A stretch of 64,000 nt of DNA. It comes from Deltaproteobacteria bacterium (GTDB lineage Bacteria; Desulfobacterota; Syntrophia; Syntrophales; JACQWR01). The stretch spans positions 135,642 through 199,641 of the forward strand of contig JACQWR010000028.1 in assembly GCA_016209105.1 (NCBI GenBank), in the 5' to 3' direction. How positions within the stretch are numbered: position 1 is the stretch's first letter; the number at the start of each line of letters is the position of its first letter. The notes beneath the pieces are model-generated. The model worked only from the letters and a program-made list of their open reading frames with translations, did not search any database and was not told the DNA's origin. Positions 17,039-26,872 of this stretch are shown here, piece after piece. Both the position numbers and the translations under genes were made by a program.

Positions 17039-17559
17039 AATTCCACTCCTTTCCGGGCCGGCATGTCCTTCTCCAGGGCATGTTTCAGAGAGGTCATTTC
17101 TGTCACCGTGTCGGCGAGTTCCATCATGGCGGCGGTGGCGCCCCGTCCGGTCATGACGAGGCAAAGGTCGCGGCCGGCACGGTGGACCGTTTCGAGCACC
17201 TGCTGTTCGTCGAGCAGCCGGCAGGCGACGGCGGTGCACAGTTCATCGAGAACGACCAGGTCATACGTTCCCGAGGCGATGGCCTCGGCCGCCAACTGCA
17301 ATCCCTTCTCGGCGGCCTCGCGATGTCCCGCAAACGCCGGACTTGATGGGGGGGGGATAAAGCCGCGGCCTGACTGCACCAGCTCGATTCCCGGCATGTT
17401 CCTGATTGCGTGCACTTCGCCGGTGGCATCATCGTTCTTTATGAACTGGATGATTTTCACGCGCATTCCGTGCCCGCTTGCCCGGAGAGCCATGCCCAGC
17501 GCCGCCGTCGTTTTTCCCTTGCCGTTTCCCGTAAAGATCAGTATCCGCCTGTTTTCCAC
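17035..17559 (-). CDS. cobO: Cob(I)yrinic acid a,c-diamide adenosyltransferase (CobA/CobO/BtuR type)
   Basis: ILIFTGNGKGKTTAALGMALRASGHGMRVKIIQFIK....GE........V.LDE......G. Confidence 0.9.
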   Translation of the reverse strand: MENRRILIFTGNGKGKTTAALGMALRASGHGMRVKIIQFIKNDDATGEVHAIRNMPGIELVQSGRGFIPPPSSPAFAGHREAAEKGLQLAAEAIASGTYDLVVLDELCTAVACRLLDEQQVLETVHRAGRDLCLVMTGRGATAAMMELADTVTEMTSLKHALEKDMPARKGVEF

Positions 17560-17570
17560 AGTTCACCTCG

Positions 17571-18524
17571 TTATCGTACCATCGCCATGATGCCGAACCT
17601 CGCCGCAAGGAAAACCGCGGCGGCGAGGAAGGCAGTGACAAGCATGACGGCATTCGCCGTCCCGATATGCGCCGTCTCCGGCTGTGCCCCCGGAGCTCCC
17701 AGCAGAGGCATCTCCTGCGGGATGCCGCCGCGCAGCACCGGTCCGCCCAGTTGAACGCCCAGAGCTCCCGCCATTGCCGCCTCGGCAAGGCCGGCATTGG
17801 GACTTGCGTGCCTGCGCCCATCGCGACGGCAGACGGAAAAGGCGCGTCTTGATCCTCCCCAGGGCAGCGCCGCGAGCATCAAGAGCGGCGCGGTGAGGCG
17901 CGCCGGAATGTAATTGGCCAGATCGTCAAGCTTTGCGGATGCCCATCCGAACTCCTGGTACCGTTCATTTCGGTAACCGAATGTGGAATCCAAGGTATTG
18001 ATTGCTTTGTAGAGCATGGCTCCCATCGGCCCGCCGACAACGGCAAAGAGAAGCGGCGCGACGACGCCATCCACAGCGTTCTCCGCCACGCTCTCAATGG
18101 CGGCCCGTGCTATTGCCCCTTCGTTCATCGTGGCCGTATCCCGTCCCACCATCCGGGCGACAAGCAACCGCGCCGCGGGGAGGTGATGGTTGCAGAGCGC
18201 CCGGTAAACGTCTCTCGCATGATCTGCCAGGTCACGGGCGGCAAATGCCGTGTAGAGAATCAAAATGGACAGCAGGTCGCCGGCCGGCGGGTAAACCGTG
18301 CGAACCGACGAAATGCACGCCCACGTCAGACTTGCCGTAATGCCGGTAACGAGCAAGACCGCGACCATCCCCGCCAGACGGGTATTTTTTATGGTACGGC
18401 GCAGCGGCTCTTCGAGAGACGCGGCGAAGAGTCCTATCAGCCTCACGGGATGGGGCAGCCATCGGGGATCGCCCAGCGCCATATCCAGCCCCAGGGCAAT
18501 GATTATCTGATATTCCAGTTTCAT
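17571..18524 (-). CDS. cbiB: Adenosylcobinamide-phosphate synthase
   Basis: [21 protein letters not shown]............R..G; polytopic membrane protein; ....S.NAG..EAA.AGALGV.LGGP. Confidence 0.9.
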   Translation of the reverse strand: MKLEYQIIIALGLDMALGDPRWLPHPVRLIGLFAASLEEPLRRTIKNTRLAGMVAVLLVTGITASLTWACISSVRTVYPPAGDLLSILILYTAFAARDLADHARDVYRALCNHHLPAARLLVARMVGRDTATMNEGAIARAAIESVAENAVDGVVAPLLFAVVGGPMGAMLYKAINTLDSTFGYRNERYQEFGWASAKLDDLANYIPARLTAPLLMLAALPWGGSRRAFSVCRRDGRRHASPNAGLAEAAMAGALGVQLGGPVLRGGIPQEMPLLGAPGAQPETAHIGTANAVMLVTAFLAAAVFLAARFGIMAMVR

Positions 18525-21142
18525 CGGAGCCCCATGATACGGTAGATGGAATCAATATCAGTGCCGCTGCGAACCGCCTGTGCCAGCCGGTCGAACGCAG
18601 GTTCGAGATCATAGGCGGCGCCGATCCTTTTCCGGGGGACGAGGCCGCGTCCCACCCGCAGACGATCAATAAACCAGCGGCGGAACCCATCCGCATCGAA
18701 GACGCCGTGAAGGTACGTGCCCCACACCCGGCCGTCTGGCGCGCCTGCGCCGATAACCGTGCCGTCGGATTTACGCATGACCGGCAGGGCAGCCATGCCG
18801 TCGGTAAGGCCGTGGTGGATTTCATACCCCGTGACGTCGAGGCCGGAGGCCAGGTGGGTTGCCGACGTCCGCATAAGCAGTTTATCGGGGGCCAGGACGG
18901 TGGTGAGGGGCAGCAGCCTCAGACCGGGTACCGTTTTCCCGGCGGATTCTATCCCGTGGGGGTCGGCGATTTCAGCGCCCAGCATCTGGAAACCGCCGCA
19001 GATGCCGATAATTTCCGTCCTGCCGGCGCCGAGCAGGGAGAGGAGCCCCTCGGCGAGACCGCTTTCCCGAAGAAAGGTGAGATCGGCGACCACGTTCTTG
19101 CTCCCCGGAAGAATGACGGCATCCGGCGTGCCCAGTTCGCGCGGCGAGCGGACGATACGCACGCGGACATCCGATTCAATCCGGAGTGGATCATAATCCG
19201 TGAAATTGGAGATATGGGCAAAATCAACGACGGCAACATCAACGGAATCTTCGTCTCTGTCGCCTGCGCCACACAGCCCTTCTCGAAAACCCACGGAGTC
19301 CTCCTCGGGAAGGCCAAGGCCGGCGAGCTCCGGCACCACCCCGATGACGGGAAGGCCTGTACGCTCCAGTATGTATGCATGGGCGTTATCAAGAAGAGCG
19401 GCTGTGCCGCGGAAACGGTTCACAATGAAACCGGCAACGAGGGAGCGTTCAGCCTCGCCGAGCACTTCCATGGTTCCAATAAATGACGCGTAAACACCGC
19501 CCCGATCTATGTTTCCCACGAGGAGCACCGGGGCATGGGCGTAGTGTGCCGTTTTCATATTGGCGATGTCGTGGTTCATGAGATTTACCTCAGCAGGGCT
19601 GCCGGCGCCTTCGAGGACGATGACATCGTATTCCTGGGCAAGGGAATCATACGCGTCCCGGGCAATATCCAGGCATTCCGCGTGATGACGGGTGTATTCG
19701 GCAAAATCCATGTTGCCCACGGGTTTTCCCAAGCGTATTACTTGTGAGCCGGTGTCGGTGGAGGGCTTCAGGAGCAGGGGATTCATGCGGACGTCTGGTT
19801 CGATCCGGCAGGCCTGCGCCTGGACCGCTTGCGCCCGCCCGATCTCCCCACCGCCTCTGGTCACGAATGAATTGAGGGACATGTTCTGCGCCTTAAACGG
19901 GGCGACACGGTAGCCGTCATCGAGAAGGATGCGGCACATGGCCGCGGTGAGGATGCTTTTTCCCGCGTGGGAGCAGGTTCCCTGAAACATTACCGCCGGT
20001 GTACGGCGTGGGTGCCGGAAAGGGATAACGACGCCGGGGAGACCCCCGGCAGGCAAAGCGACGGAAAGACGATCCCCGGCAGGTTTCATACGGTCTTCCA
20101 AGGCGTCGCAGAAGCGGAGATTCTCCGCTTCCGTCCTGACGGCCATTCGGAAGAACCTCTCGTCCAGGCCGTCCATATTGTCGCAGACCCTGATGGCAAT
20201 TCCCTCTTGGAGCATGCGGCGCGCGAGCTCCCGGGCATCCAAGTCTTTCCGGTCTATCCTGACGAGAAGGAAATTTGCGTTCCCCGGATAGAGAGTCAAT
20301 CCCGGCATGTTCCGCAATCGGGCGGATAACCCCTCTCGCAAGCCCCGAACGACACGACGGGTGCGTGTTTCATACCCTCGGTCTCGGAGGGCCTTTTCCC
20401 CCACCGCCTGGGCAAACGTATTCACGGACCAGGGAGGGATGAGTTCACGCAAACGCTGCGCCGTTTCCGGATTTGCGACGGCGTACCCGAGCCGCAGTCC
20501 CGGGATTGCATAGAACTTTGTGAGGGAGCGGACGACCACCATGTTTGCGGGCCGTCTTTTCGCAAGGTGATCCAGACCTTCGATGAAGTCCGCAAAAGCC
20601 TCGTCAATGATAAACGTTGTTTTCGGGTGTCGTGCGGCAAGATCGCGCAGGTCATCCGGGTTGCAGAGATAGCCGGTAGGATTGCCGGGCTGCCCAAGGA
20701 AAACGGCTTCATCACCCTTCAGTTTTCCTTCCAATTCCCTCAGGTCGAGGACGAAATCGTTTGACTCCCGAAGCGGCATTTTTTCCACCGTGAGACCTGC
20801 CAGGGAGGACGCCACGGCATAGTCGCCGTAGGCCGGCACGGGGATGAGGGCGCGTTTCGCCCCGAGGATTCGGGGGAGCAGATAGAATATCTCGCTCGAG
20901 CCGTTGGCGGCGACGATTTCTTCCTCCGGCAGGCTATGAAATTCCGCAATCGCCTGAACAAGAGCCCGGCAGTGCGGATCAGGATAGTGGACAAGCGAAC
21001 CGATGAGCGAAGCGATACGTTCGGGAAGCCACGCCGGGGGGCCCAGGGGGTTGATGTTGGCGGAAAAGTCGAGGAGCTCCTCAACGGCTTTGCCGGTTTT
21101 CCGGGCCAGGCTCTTTACGTCTCCGCCGTGTCGCCAGCTCAT
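18521..21142 (-). CDS. Fusion protein: L-threonine-O-3-phosphate decarboxylase (CobD, class I/II aminotransferase fold, aa ~1-355) + cobyric acid synthase (CbiP/CobQ, aa ~375-873)
   Basis: N-terminal part: [30 protein letters not shown]....[16 protein letters not shown] linker follows. C-terminal part: [42 protein letters not shown]...[10 protein letters not shown], then a GATase-3 domain (ICGGFQMLG...YEIH.G). It is one uninterrupted 873-codon frame. Confidence 0.88.
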   Translation of the reverse strand: MSWRHGGDVKSLARKTGKAVEELLDFSANINPLGPPAWLPERIASLIGSLVHYPDPHCRALVQAIAEFHSLPEEEIVAANGSSEIFYLLPRILGAKRALIPVPAYGDYAVASSLAGLTVEKMPLRESNDFVLDLRELEGKLKGDEAVFLGQPGNPTGYLCNPDDLRDLAARHPKTTFIIDEAFADFIEGLDHLAKRRPANMVVVRSLTKFYAIPGLRLGYAVANPETAQRLRELIPPWSVNTFAQAVGEKALRDRGYETRTRRVVRGLREGLSARLRNMPGLTLYPGNANFLLVRIDRKDLDARELARRMLQEGIAIRVCDNMDGLDERFFRMAVRTEAENLRFCDALEDRMKPAGDRLSVALPAGGLPGVVIPFRHPRRTPAVMFQGTCSHAGKSILTAAMCRILLDDGYRVAPFKAQNMSLNSFVTRGGGEIGRAQAVQAQACRIEPDVRMNPLLLKPSTDTGSQVIRLGKPVGNMDFAEYTRHHAECLDIARDAYDSLAQEYDVIVLEGAGSPAEVNLMNHDIANMKTAHYAHAPVLLVGNIDRGGVYASFIGTMEVLGEAERSLVAGFIVNRFRGTAALLDNAHAYILERTGLPVIGVVPELAGLGLPEEDSVGFREGLCGAGDRDEDSVDVAVVDFAHISNFTDYDPLRIESDVRVRIVRSPRELGTPDAVILPGSKNVVADLTFLRESGLAEGLLSLLGAGRTEIIGICGGFQMLGAEIADPHGIESAGKTVPGLRLLPLTTVLAPDKLLMRTSATHLASGLDVTGYEIHHGLTDGMAALPVMRKSDGTVIGAGAPDGRVWGTYLHGVFDADGFRRWFIDRLRVGRGLVPRKRIGAAYDLEPAFDRLAQAVRSGTDIDSIYRIMGLR

Positions 21143-21894
21143 ACCGTTCCTCCCGCGCCATGCCAGGCAGCAACCACCAGGGCAGGGATCATGCCTGATA
21201 GTTCATGTGCGGCGCCGAGGGTGTCGCCCGTATATCCTCCGATTTTGCGGTATGAATACGCGGCGCAAAGAAGGCCGGTGATGAGTGCGCCTCCTCCCGC
21301 TGTAAGAGCGGGTATTCCGCCGGCAAGCCACCCGACGGCAAGGAGGATCGCCGCCGCAGCCAGGGCGTGCCCAATGGAACGATGGCTGCTGAATATGCCT
21401 CCCAGTCCCCCTTCGGGGCGGGCGTATGGCAGGAGCACCACGTTCAGGGTGATGGCGCCATAGGCTGCAAGGGGCGTAAGCAGGACCGTCCACCATCGGG
21501 CGGGTGCGGGCACCGCTGCCAAGGCGGCGATTTTTAGCGTAATAACAGAGACTATGGAGGTAACACCCATCGGGCCGGTGCGGCTGTCCTTCATGATTTC
21601 CAGTATCCGTTCCCGCGGCCGTGAACTGAAGAAGCCGTCCGCCGTATCCGCAAGCCCGTCACAGTGCATGCAGCCGGAGATGAGCAGAAGGACGATGACG
21701 AGAATTGCGGACGTGAGAAGCAGCGGAAATAATTGCCGCAACCCATAGTCCATAAGGGCCAGCAGCGCGCCGATGAACAAGCCGACCAGGGGATACCAGG
21801 GCAGGGATCGCTCAAGTTCATGGAGTCCCGTCTGCCAGCGGGCCGGTGTAGGGATAACGGTCAGAAATTGCAACGCCGCGAGAAACGATCTCAT
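21139..21894 (-). CDS. cobS: Adenosylcobinamide-GDP ribazoletransferase (cobalamin synthase)
   Basis: ALQFLTVIP........[13 protein letters not shown]...........H.DGLADT.D; polytopic membrane protein; GGYTGD.LGA at the C-terminus. Confidence 0.9.
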   Translation of the reverse strand: MRSFLAALQFLTVIPTPARWQTGLHELERSLPWYPLVGLFIGALLALMDYGLRQLFPLLLTSAILVIVLLLISGCMHCDGLADTADGFFSSRPRERILEIMKDSRTGPMGVTSIVSVITLKIAALAAVPAPARWWTVLLTPLAAYGAITLNVVLLPYARPEGGLGGIFSSHRSIGHALAAAAILLAVGWLAGGIPALTAGGGALITGLLCAAYSYRKIGGYTGDTLGAAHELSGMIPALVVAAWHGAGGTV

Positions 21895-22955
21895 GAGCTG
21901 GCACCCGATACCATTGCTTCTTCAAACGTCGCCACTTCCGTGAGGATGCGCGCGGCCGCTTCCACGAAATTCATGGCCAGCGCGGCCCCTGTGCCTTCAC
22001 CGAGCCGGAGATCGAGATCAATGAGGGGTTTCTTGTTGAGGATTTTCAATGCCGCACGGTGGCCTCGTTCCTTGCTGCGGTGGGCGGAAATCATGTAATC
22101 GGCAGAGGCGGGGGCGATGGCATGGGCAATCAACGCTCCGGCGGTGGAAATGAACCCATCCACCACCACGGGTTTTTTCAGGGCGGCGGCTCCCAGGATC
22201 AGGCCGGCAATGCCCCCGATTTCAAACCCTCCTACCGTGGCAAGCACATCGAGCGCGTCATTCCGGTTCGGCCTGTTGATCTGAATGGCTCTCTCAATTA
22301 CCGCTATCTTGTGCTTCAGCTGATTTCCCCCGATACCCGTTCCGCGCCCGGTGACGGCTGCGACGGGTAAGCCGCTTAAGACCGCAACGATGGCGCTGCT
22401 GGGCGTTGTGTTGGCTATGCCCATGTCGCCCGTGCCGAATACGTCGGCCGAGAAGGTCAATTCGCGCGCCACCTGAATTCCGGCTTCCAGACAGCGGATA
22501 GCCTGGGCCCTGGTCATTGCCGGTTCCACGGCCATATTGTGCGTCCCGGGGCCGATGGACCTGAAAAAGATCTTGCCTGCATGGGCCAGTTCACTCAAAT
22601 CGGCGGCCACTCCCATATCAACCACCACGATGTCGGCCCGCGCCTGGCGGGCAAGGGCGTTTATGCCCGCGCCGCCGTTTACAAAGTTGCAAACCATCTG
22701 CGGCGTCACTTCCTGGGGGAACTTGCTCACGCCTTCCGCCGCCACCCCGTGATCGCCGGCCATGGTGACGATCATTTTCCGTTCCACAGAGGGACGGAGG
22801 GACCGGGTCATCCCGGCCAGATCAACAGCAAGGTCCATCAGGCGCCCCAATGCCCAGTGGGGCATGGTCAGCTGTTCCAGATGTTCCTTCGCTTTTTCCC
22901 GTGATTCAGCGTCCTGAGGGACGATTTCCGCGAGTGTTTCTTCAAGTAAGATCAT
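21891..22955 (-). CDS. cobT: Nicotinate-nucleotide--dimethylbenzimidazole phosphoribosyltransferase
   Basis: L.QLTMPHWALGRL.DLAV.LAG.......V.MAGDHGV..EGVS.FPQEVT.QMV.NF..GGAGIN.......D.G......GTGDMGIANTT....RLGEGTGAAL. Confidence 0.92.
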   Translation of the reverse strand: MILLEETLAEIVPQDAESREKAKEHLEQLTMPHWALGRLMDLAVDLAGMTRSLRPSVERKMIVTMAGDHGVAAEGVSKFPQEVTPQMVCNFVNGGAGINALARQARADIVVVDMGVAADLSELAHAGKIFFRSIGPGTHNMAVEPAMTRAQAIRCLEAGIQVARELTFSADVFGTGDMGIANTTPSSAIVAVLSGLPVAAVTGRGTGIGGNQLKHKIAVIERAIQINRPNRNDALDVLATVGGFEIGGIAGLILGAAALKKPVVVDGFISTAGALIAHAIAPASADYMISAHRSKERGHRAALKILNKKPLIDLDLRLGEGTGAALAMNFVEAAARILTEVATFEEAMVSGASS

Positions 22956-22958
22956 GAT

Positions 22959-23498
22959 TCATCCTTTCAGAGTAAGCGGCAGTCCGCAGTTGACAAGCGT
23001 TACCGTATCGGCGGCGGCGGCAATCATCTGATTGCAGTCGCCCACGCAATCGCGGTAAAGACGAGCCAGGGGATTGTCGGGAACGATGCCCATCCCCACT
23101 TCTCCGGAAACAAAAATAATGATGCCGTTTATCGAGCGGCAGACGTCCAGGACATGACGGCATGCTGCTGCGGCTTTTTCCGCCGTCGGGATATCGCCGG
23201 ATTTCAGGGCTTCGTACAGGAGGTTGTTGATCCAGATGGTCAGACAGTCAATCAACATGACACTGCTTTCCCCTGCGCTCCGCAGTGCGCCCGCCAGATC
23301 GAGCGGCTCTTCAATGGTGCGCCAGTTTGCCGGATTTCTCGCGTTCCGGTGTCTCCGCACCCGGTCCTCCATCTCCCGGTCGCAGACCTGGCAGGTGGCA
23401 ATAAATACACGGGGGGCGGGATAGGATTCCGCTATCTGTTGTGCATAGCGGCTCTTGCCACTGCGACTTCCGCCTGTGACGAGCAACAATCTATCCAT
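22959..23498 (-). CDS. cobU: Bifunctional adenosylcobinamide kinase / adenosylcobinamide-phosphate guanylyltransferase
   Basis: MDRLLLVTGGSRSGKSRYAQQIAE......FIAT.........R...H......W.T.E....L......DCLT.W..N......VS.EVG.GIVP.N...R..RD..G. The start was set at the ATG at 23498. Confidence 0.9.
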   Translation of the reverse strand: MDRLLLVTGGSRSGKSRYAQQIAESYPAPRVFIATCQVCDREMEDRVRRHRNARNPANWRTIEEPLDLAGALRSAGESSVMLIDCLTIWINNLLYEALKSGDIPTAEKAAAACRHVLDVCRSINGIIIFVSGEVGMGIVPDNPLARLYRDCVGDCNQMIAAAADTVTLVNCGLPLTLKG

Positions 23499-24111
23499 GC
23501 TGCCGATCCTCCAAGTGACAGAGGTCATTCAATCCTGTCAGCACGCCCCTTCCGTTGTGCACCATGATGGTCGTAACGGAGGCCGGTTTGACATCGAAAT
23601 AGAGATAGTTACGGGCGTCCAGTCCCAGATAATGACAGATCATGGCCCGTGTTATCCCTGCGTGGGTAAAAACAACCACGGTTTCGGCAGGGTCCGCGGC
23701 GATTCGTTCTCCTGCCTTCTGCACCCGTTTCGTAAAATCGGCAATCGCCTCGCCGCCGGGAAAGGCGAAGTCAGGTCTATAGGATGCCCAGCCGGCAACA
23801 GCCTCCGGATCGGACGCGGTTATTTCCTCGAACGTCTTTCCTTCCCAGGCGCCGAAATCAACTTCGCGAATATCCGGATCGAGGTCAGGCGCGATCGGGT
23901 TCCAGGCGAGGGCGCACTGCGCTGTCTCGCAGGTGCGAAGGGAGGGACTGGAGATGTACCTGACGGCGGCCTCCCTACGCAGAGGCCCGGCAAGCAGCGA
24001 CGACTGAAGGCGTCCTTCCGGGGAGAGAGGAATATCCGTGCTGCCGATAAAACAGCCCCGGTATTTTGTATCCGTCTCGCCGTGCCGTATCAAGAGCACC
24101 TTGCTGGCCAT
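23491..24111 (-). CDS. cobC: Alpha-ribazole phosphatase (histidine phosphatase family)
   Basis: LLIRHGETD......G..D.PLS.EG carries the RHG catalytic motif, with a later H at THAGI. It is the first gene behind riboswitch 2. Confidence 0.82.
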   Translation of the reverse strand: MASKVLLIRHGETDTKYRGCFIGSTDIPLSPEGRLQSSLLAGPLRREAAVRYISSPSLRTCETAQCALAWNPIAPDLDPDIREVDFGAWEGKTFEEITASDPEAVAGWASYRPDFAFPGGEAIADFTKRVQKAGERIAADPAETVVVFTHAGITRAMICHYLGLDARNYLYFDVKPASVTTIMVHNGRGVLTGLNDLCHLEDRQHG

Positions 24112-24126
24112 GCTACCTCCCGTTTT

Positions 24127-24165
24127 AAAAATAAAAATCCCCCGGCCTCATACGAAGACCAGGGG
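24127..24165 (-). terminator. Intrinsic terminator (attenuator) in the riboswitch-2 leader
   Basis: Minus strand reads CCCCTGG-TCTTCGTATGAGG-CCGGGGG followed by ATTTTTATTTTT. It ends ~15 nt before the cobC RBS GGGAGG. The loop-side GGTCTTC is complementary to GAAGACC of the B12 box. Confidence 0.65.
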
Positions 24166-24235
24166 ATGCCGTATTTCATCCTTCAGTGATGCTGTTGCCT
24201 CCCATTCCACGCAGGCCGGCATGCTATCGCATAGA

Positions 24236-24392
24236 GGGGCAGGTCTTCTGGCTCCCGGATCGTTCTACTTGCCGCGCCTTCCCATCTTATGAGACAGTGA
24301 CTGATTGCGGCTTTCGTTCCCGGTTACAGCGGCGGGACCGCGACGGACTTGCACCGTCTTCCCTTAAGCCCCCATTGGAAAGGGGCTACCCT
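24236..24392 (-). promoter_or_regulatory. Cobalamin riboswitch 2 (RF00174-like)
   Basis: Minus strand reads GGCTTAAGGGAAGACGGTGCAAGTCCGTCGCGGTCCCGCCGCTGTAACCGGGAACGAAAGCCGCAATCAGTCACTGTCTCATAAGATGGGAAGGCGCGGC...GGGAGCCAGAAGACCTGCC. All the classical blocks are present, including the B12 box at 24238-24254. Confidence 0.92.
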
Positions 24393-24399
24393 TGGCGTG

Positions 24400-24428
24400 T
24401 ACTTACCAGCGGCACTGTTTTTTGTCAA
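24400..24428 (-). promoter_or_regulatory. Candidate promoter for riboswitch 2 (TTGACA -17 nt- TAAGTA)
   Basis: Minus strand reads TTTTTCTTGACAAAAAACAGTGCCGCTGGTAAGTACACG. The -35 is perfect and the -10 is weak. Confidence 0.4.
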
Positions 24429-24561
24429 GAAAAATCCCCGTGGGTAACTATGGGGGGAAATTACTACAGTGAAGCAGAGGGCAACGCAGTGTTCTGTTGA
24501 CGGTCAATACGGTGTATGGTAGGAAGGTAGCGCCTGTTACTGCCTTGGGAAGGAGCATTGT

Positions 24562-25764
24562 ATGGGTATCTCGACAAAGATTAACGGCTATATCGGCCAG
24601 TCGTCCTGGATCAGGAAGATGTTCGAAGAAGGGGTTCGTCTCAGGAAACTTTACGGCGCCGAACAGGTCTTTGATTTCAGTCTCGGCAATCCCAACGTTG
24701 AGCCGCCGGCACTCTTCCGGGAACAGCTCCGGCGGGTTATCGAGGAGGTTCGACCGGGAGGGCACGGATATATGCCGAATGCCGGTTACCCCGAGACGAG
24801 GAAGGCAGTGGCGGATTATCTGCGCCGCGTGCATGGTGTTCCCCTTGTCGCGGATCAGGTGATCATGACCTGCGGGGCGGGCGGAGGGCTCAATGTTGTT
24901 TTAAAGACGCTTCTCGATCCGGGCGACGAGGTGCTGGTGCCGTCCCCCTACTTCGTGGAATATGGCTTCTATGCGGATAATGCGGGCGGCAGGATGGTAA
25001 CGGTCGCCACCCGCGCGGATTTTTCGCTCGATCTTGAAGCGATGGCTGCGGCCATTTCTGAAAAGACAAAGGTCATTCTCATCAATTCACCGAACAATCC
25101 TACGGGTAGGGTGTACAACCAGGCAACGATAGACGGGCTTGCCCGCATCATCGGGGAGAAGAGCCGGACGCTGGGCAAGAGTATCTACCTCGTATCCGAT
25201 GAGCCCTACAGCGATATCGTTTATGACGGCGTCACGGTGCCGAGCGTCCTCAAGGCGTGCGCGAGCAGCATCGTGGTTTCCTCCTATTCCAAGAGTTTGT
25301 CCCTGCCGGGAGAGAGGATCGGTTATCTCGCGTTTAACCCGCAGCTGCCGGATCTGGCGGACGTAATCAGCGGGGCAATTTTGTGCAACCGCATCCTTGG
25401 CTTCGTCAATGCGCCCGCCCTGATGCAGAGGGTTATTGCGGGTCTGCAGGGGGTCACGGTTGACATCGGAGAGTACCAGAGGAAGAGGGATCTTCTGTGC
25501 AAGGGACTGGAGGGGCAGGGCTACACATTTGCCCGTCCGGAGGGGGCGTTTTACCTTTTTGTGCAGAGTCCCATTGCCGACGATGTGGAGTTTGTCCAAG
25601 CCTTGCAGAAAAAAAGAATTCTCACGGTGCCCGGCAGAGGCTTCGGCGGGCCGGGATACTTCCGCATTGCCTATTGCGTGGATGACGCCACGATCATAAA
25701 TGCCATGGCGGGGTTCGGGGAAGCCATCCGGGAATCCGGCAGCAAGCGCACTCCCCACTGCTGA
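24562..25764 (+). CDS. PLP-dependent aminotransferase, class I/II (aspartate/alanine aminotransferase-like)
   Basis: FSLGNPN...., INSPNNPTG, SYSKSLSLPGERIGY (PLP lysine), and RIAY near the C-terminus. GGGAAGGAG RBS. Confidence 0.85.
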   Translation: MGISTKINGYIGQSSWIRKMFEEGVRLRKLYGAEQVFDFSLGNPNVEPPALFREQLRRVIEEVRPGGHGYMPNAGYPETRKAVADYLRRVHGVPLVADQVIMTCGAGGGLNVVLKTLLDPGDEVLVPSPYFVEYGFYADNAGGRMVTVATRADFSLDLEAMAAAISEKTKVILINSPNNPTGRVYNQATIDGLARIIGEKSRTLGKSIYLVSDEPYSDIVYDGVTVPSVLKACASSIVVSSYSKSLSLPGERIGYLAFNPQLPDLADVISGAILCNRILGFVNAPALMQRVIAGLQGVTVDIGEYQRKRDLLCKGLEGQGYTFARPEGAFYLFVQSPIADDVEFVQALQKKRILTVPGRGFGGPGYFRIAYCVDDATIINAMAGFGEAIRESGSKRTPHC

Positions 25765-25840
25765 CCGGGGGCGCACCTGCATGCCCCGCCTTGTAAGCAG
25801 GGAGCTTCACTACGGAACATGCGTTCGCTGCCGAACGCCG

Positions 25841-26854
25841 TCATTTCTTCAGCTTGAGCAGTCCGGCTATATTGCCACCCAGGAAGCCTTTTTTGTCTTC
25901 TTCCGGTATGTCGAGGTTCTTCACGCTGTCTATATAATACTTCAAATCGCGACCGGCATGGATTTCGTACGGATAATCCGTGCCCCACATCAAACGGTCG
26001 TGCCTCACGGTCATCATGGCCATCTTGGTGATCGGTTCCCAGCCGGCTGAACCTGCGCCGTCAATGTATAACTTATCGAAGAGCTTATCAAAGGCGGGCT
26101 TGAACTTCAGTTCATCCAGTTCCAGCGGTGTCTTGGAAATTGACCTGATTTCTACGGGAATCGGCACGCCCAGGTCATCCTGTGGTTCAAAGAAGTTCAT
26201 AATGCGGCCCTTCATGGCCAAAAGAACGCCGCCGAAATGCGGTAGAACAAATTTCAGATGGGGAAACTCGTTGAAGACATCGTACATAATTCTCAAGGCG
26301 GCCTTTGCGGCGTCGAATCCCCGTCCTATGCTGCGATTGATCGTAAATTCCAGTTCAATGCCGTGGGGTTTCAAATGCGGATGGAGAAACGCGGGAATAT
26401 CGTATTCGGCCATCTTCTTGTAGACCGGCCACATTTTCTCCCGGTTGCTCATGGTCAGGTCGGCGCTCTGGGAGGTTAAGAGGGAGAGGGCGGGGAATTT
26501 CAGATCTTTTACGATATAATCAATTTCATCCACTGCCTGCTCCGGATAATAGACAGGCACGCACCCCGTTGCAATAAACCTGTCCGGTCGCTTGGCCACG
26601 ATTTCCGCATACCCCTCATTGATGCGATGGCACAAGTCCGGCGAACCCAGGTTCCCGTACTGGGAAATAGTAAGCACCGCCATATCTACGCCGGCGAAAT
26701 CCATATCCCGTAAGTGGGTTTCAATCGAATGCAGTTTCGGCGCGAACGTAAAATCGTTGTTGTCAATAATAACCCGTTTGGGAGGCGCGGCGGGATCGTG
26801 AAATTCCTTGTAAACGTTTATCGGCAGACAATGGTGATGCGCATCAATAATCAT
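25841..26854 (-). CDS. Amidohydrolase_2 (ACMSD/LigW-type metal-dependent hydrolase/decarboxylase) family protein
   Basis: MIIDAHHHCLP at the N-terminus, an HF.G.. segment and WGTDYPYE near the C-terminus (metal ligand pattern of PF04909). 18 nt downstream of the bicupin gene. Confidence 0.75.
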   Translation of the reverse strand: MIIDAHHHCLPINVYKEFHDPAAPPKRVIIDNNDFTFAPKLHSIETHLRDMDFAGVDMAVLTISQYGNLGSPDLCHRINEGYAEIVAKRPDRFIATGCVPVYYPEQAVDEIDYIVKDLKFPALSLLTSQSADLTMSNREKMWPVYKKMAEYDIPAFLHPHLKPHGIELEFTINRSIGRGFDAAKAALRIMYDVFNEFPHLKFVLPHFGGVLLAMKGRIMNFFEPQDDLGVPIPVEIRSISKTPLELDELKFKPAFDKLFDKLYIDGAGSAGWEPITKMAMMTVRHDRLMWGTDYPYEIHAGRDLKYYIDSVKNLDIPEEDKKGFLGGNIAGLLKLKK

Positions 26855-26872
26855 TTTTTGTTCCTCTTTCCT

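Noticed and set aside
17039-17239. A 67-codon Arg/Pro/His-rich N-terminal extension of cbiA in the ORF track
   Set aside because: - It overlaps the 3' third of cobO in another frame.
- The conserved CbiA N-terminus (KVTVPRIVIGGTHSGTGKT) begins at a TTG preceded by AGGAG.
- That start gives the same 4-nt overlap style seen throughout the cluster.
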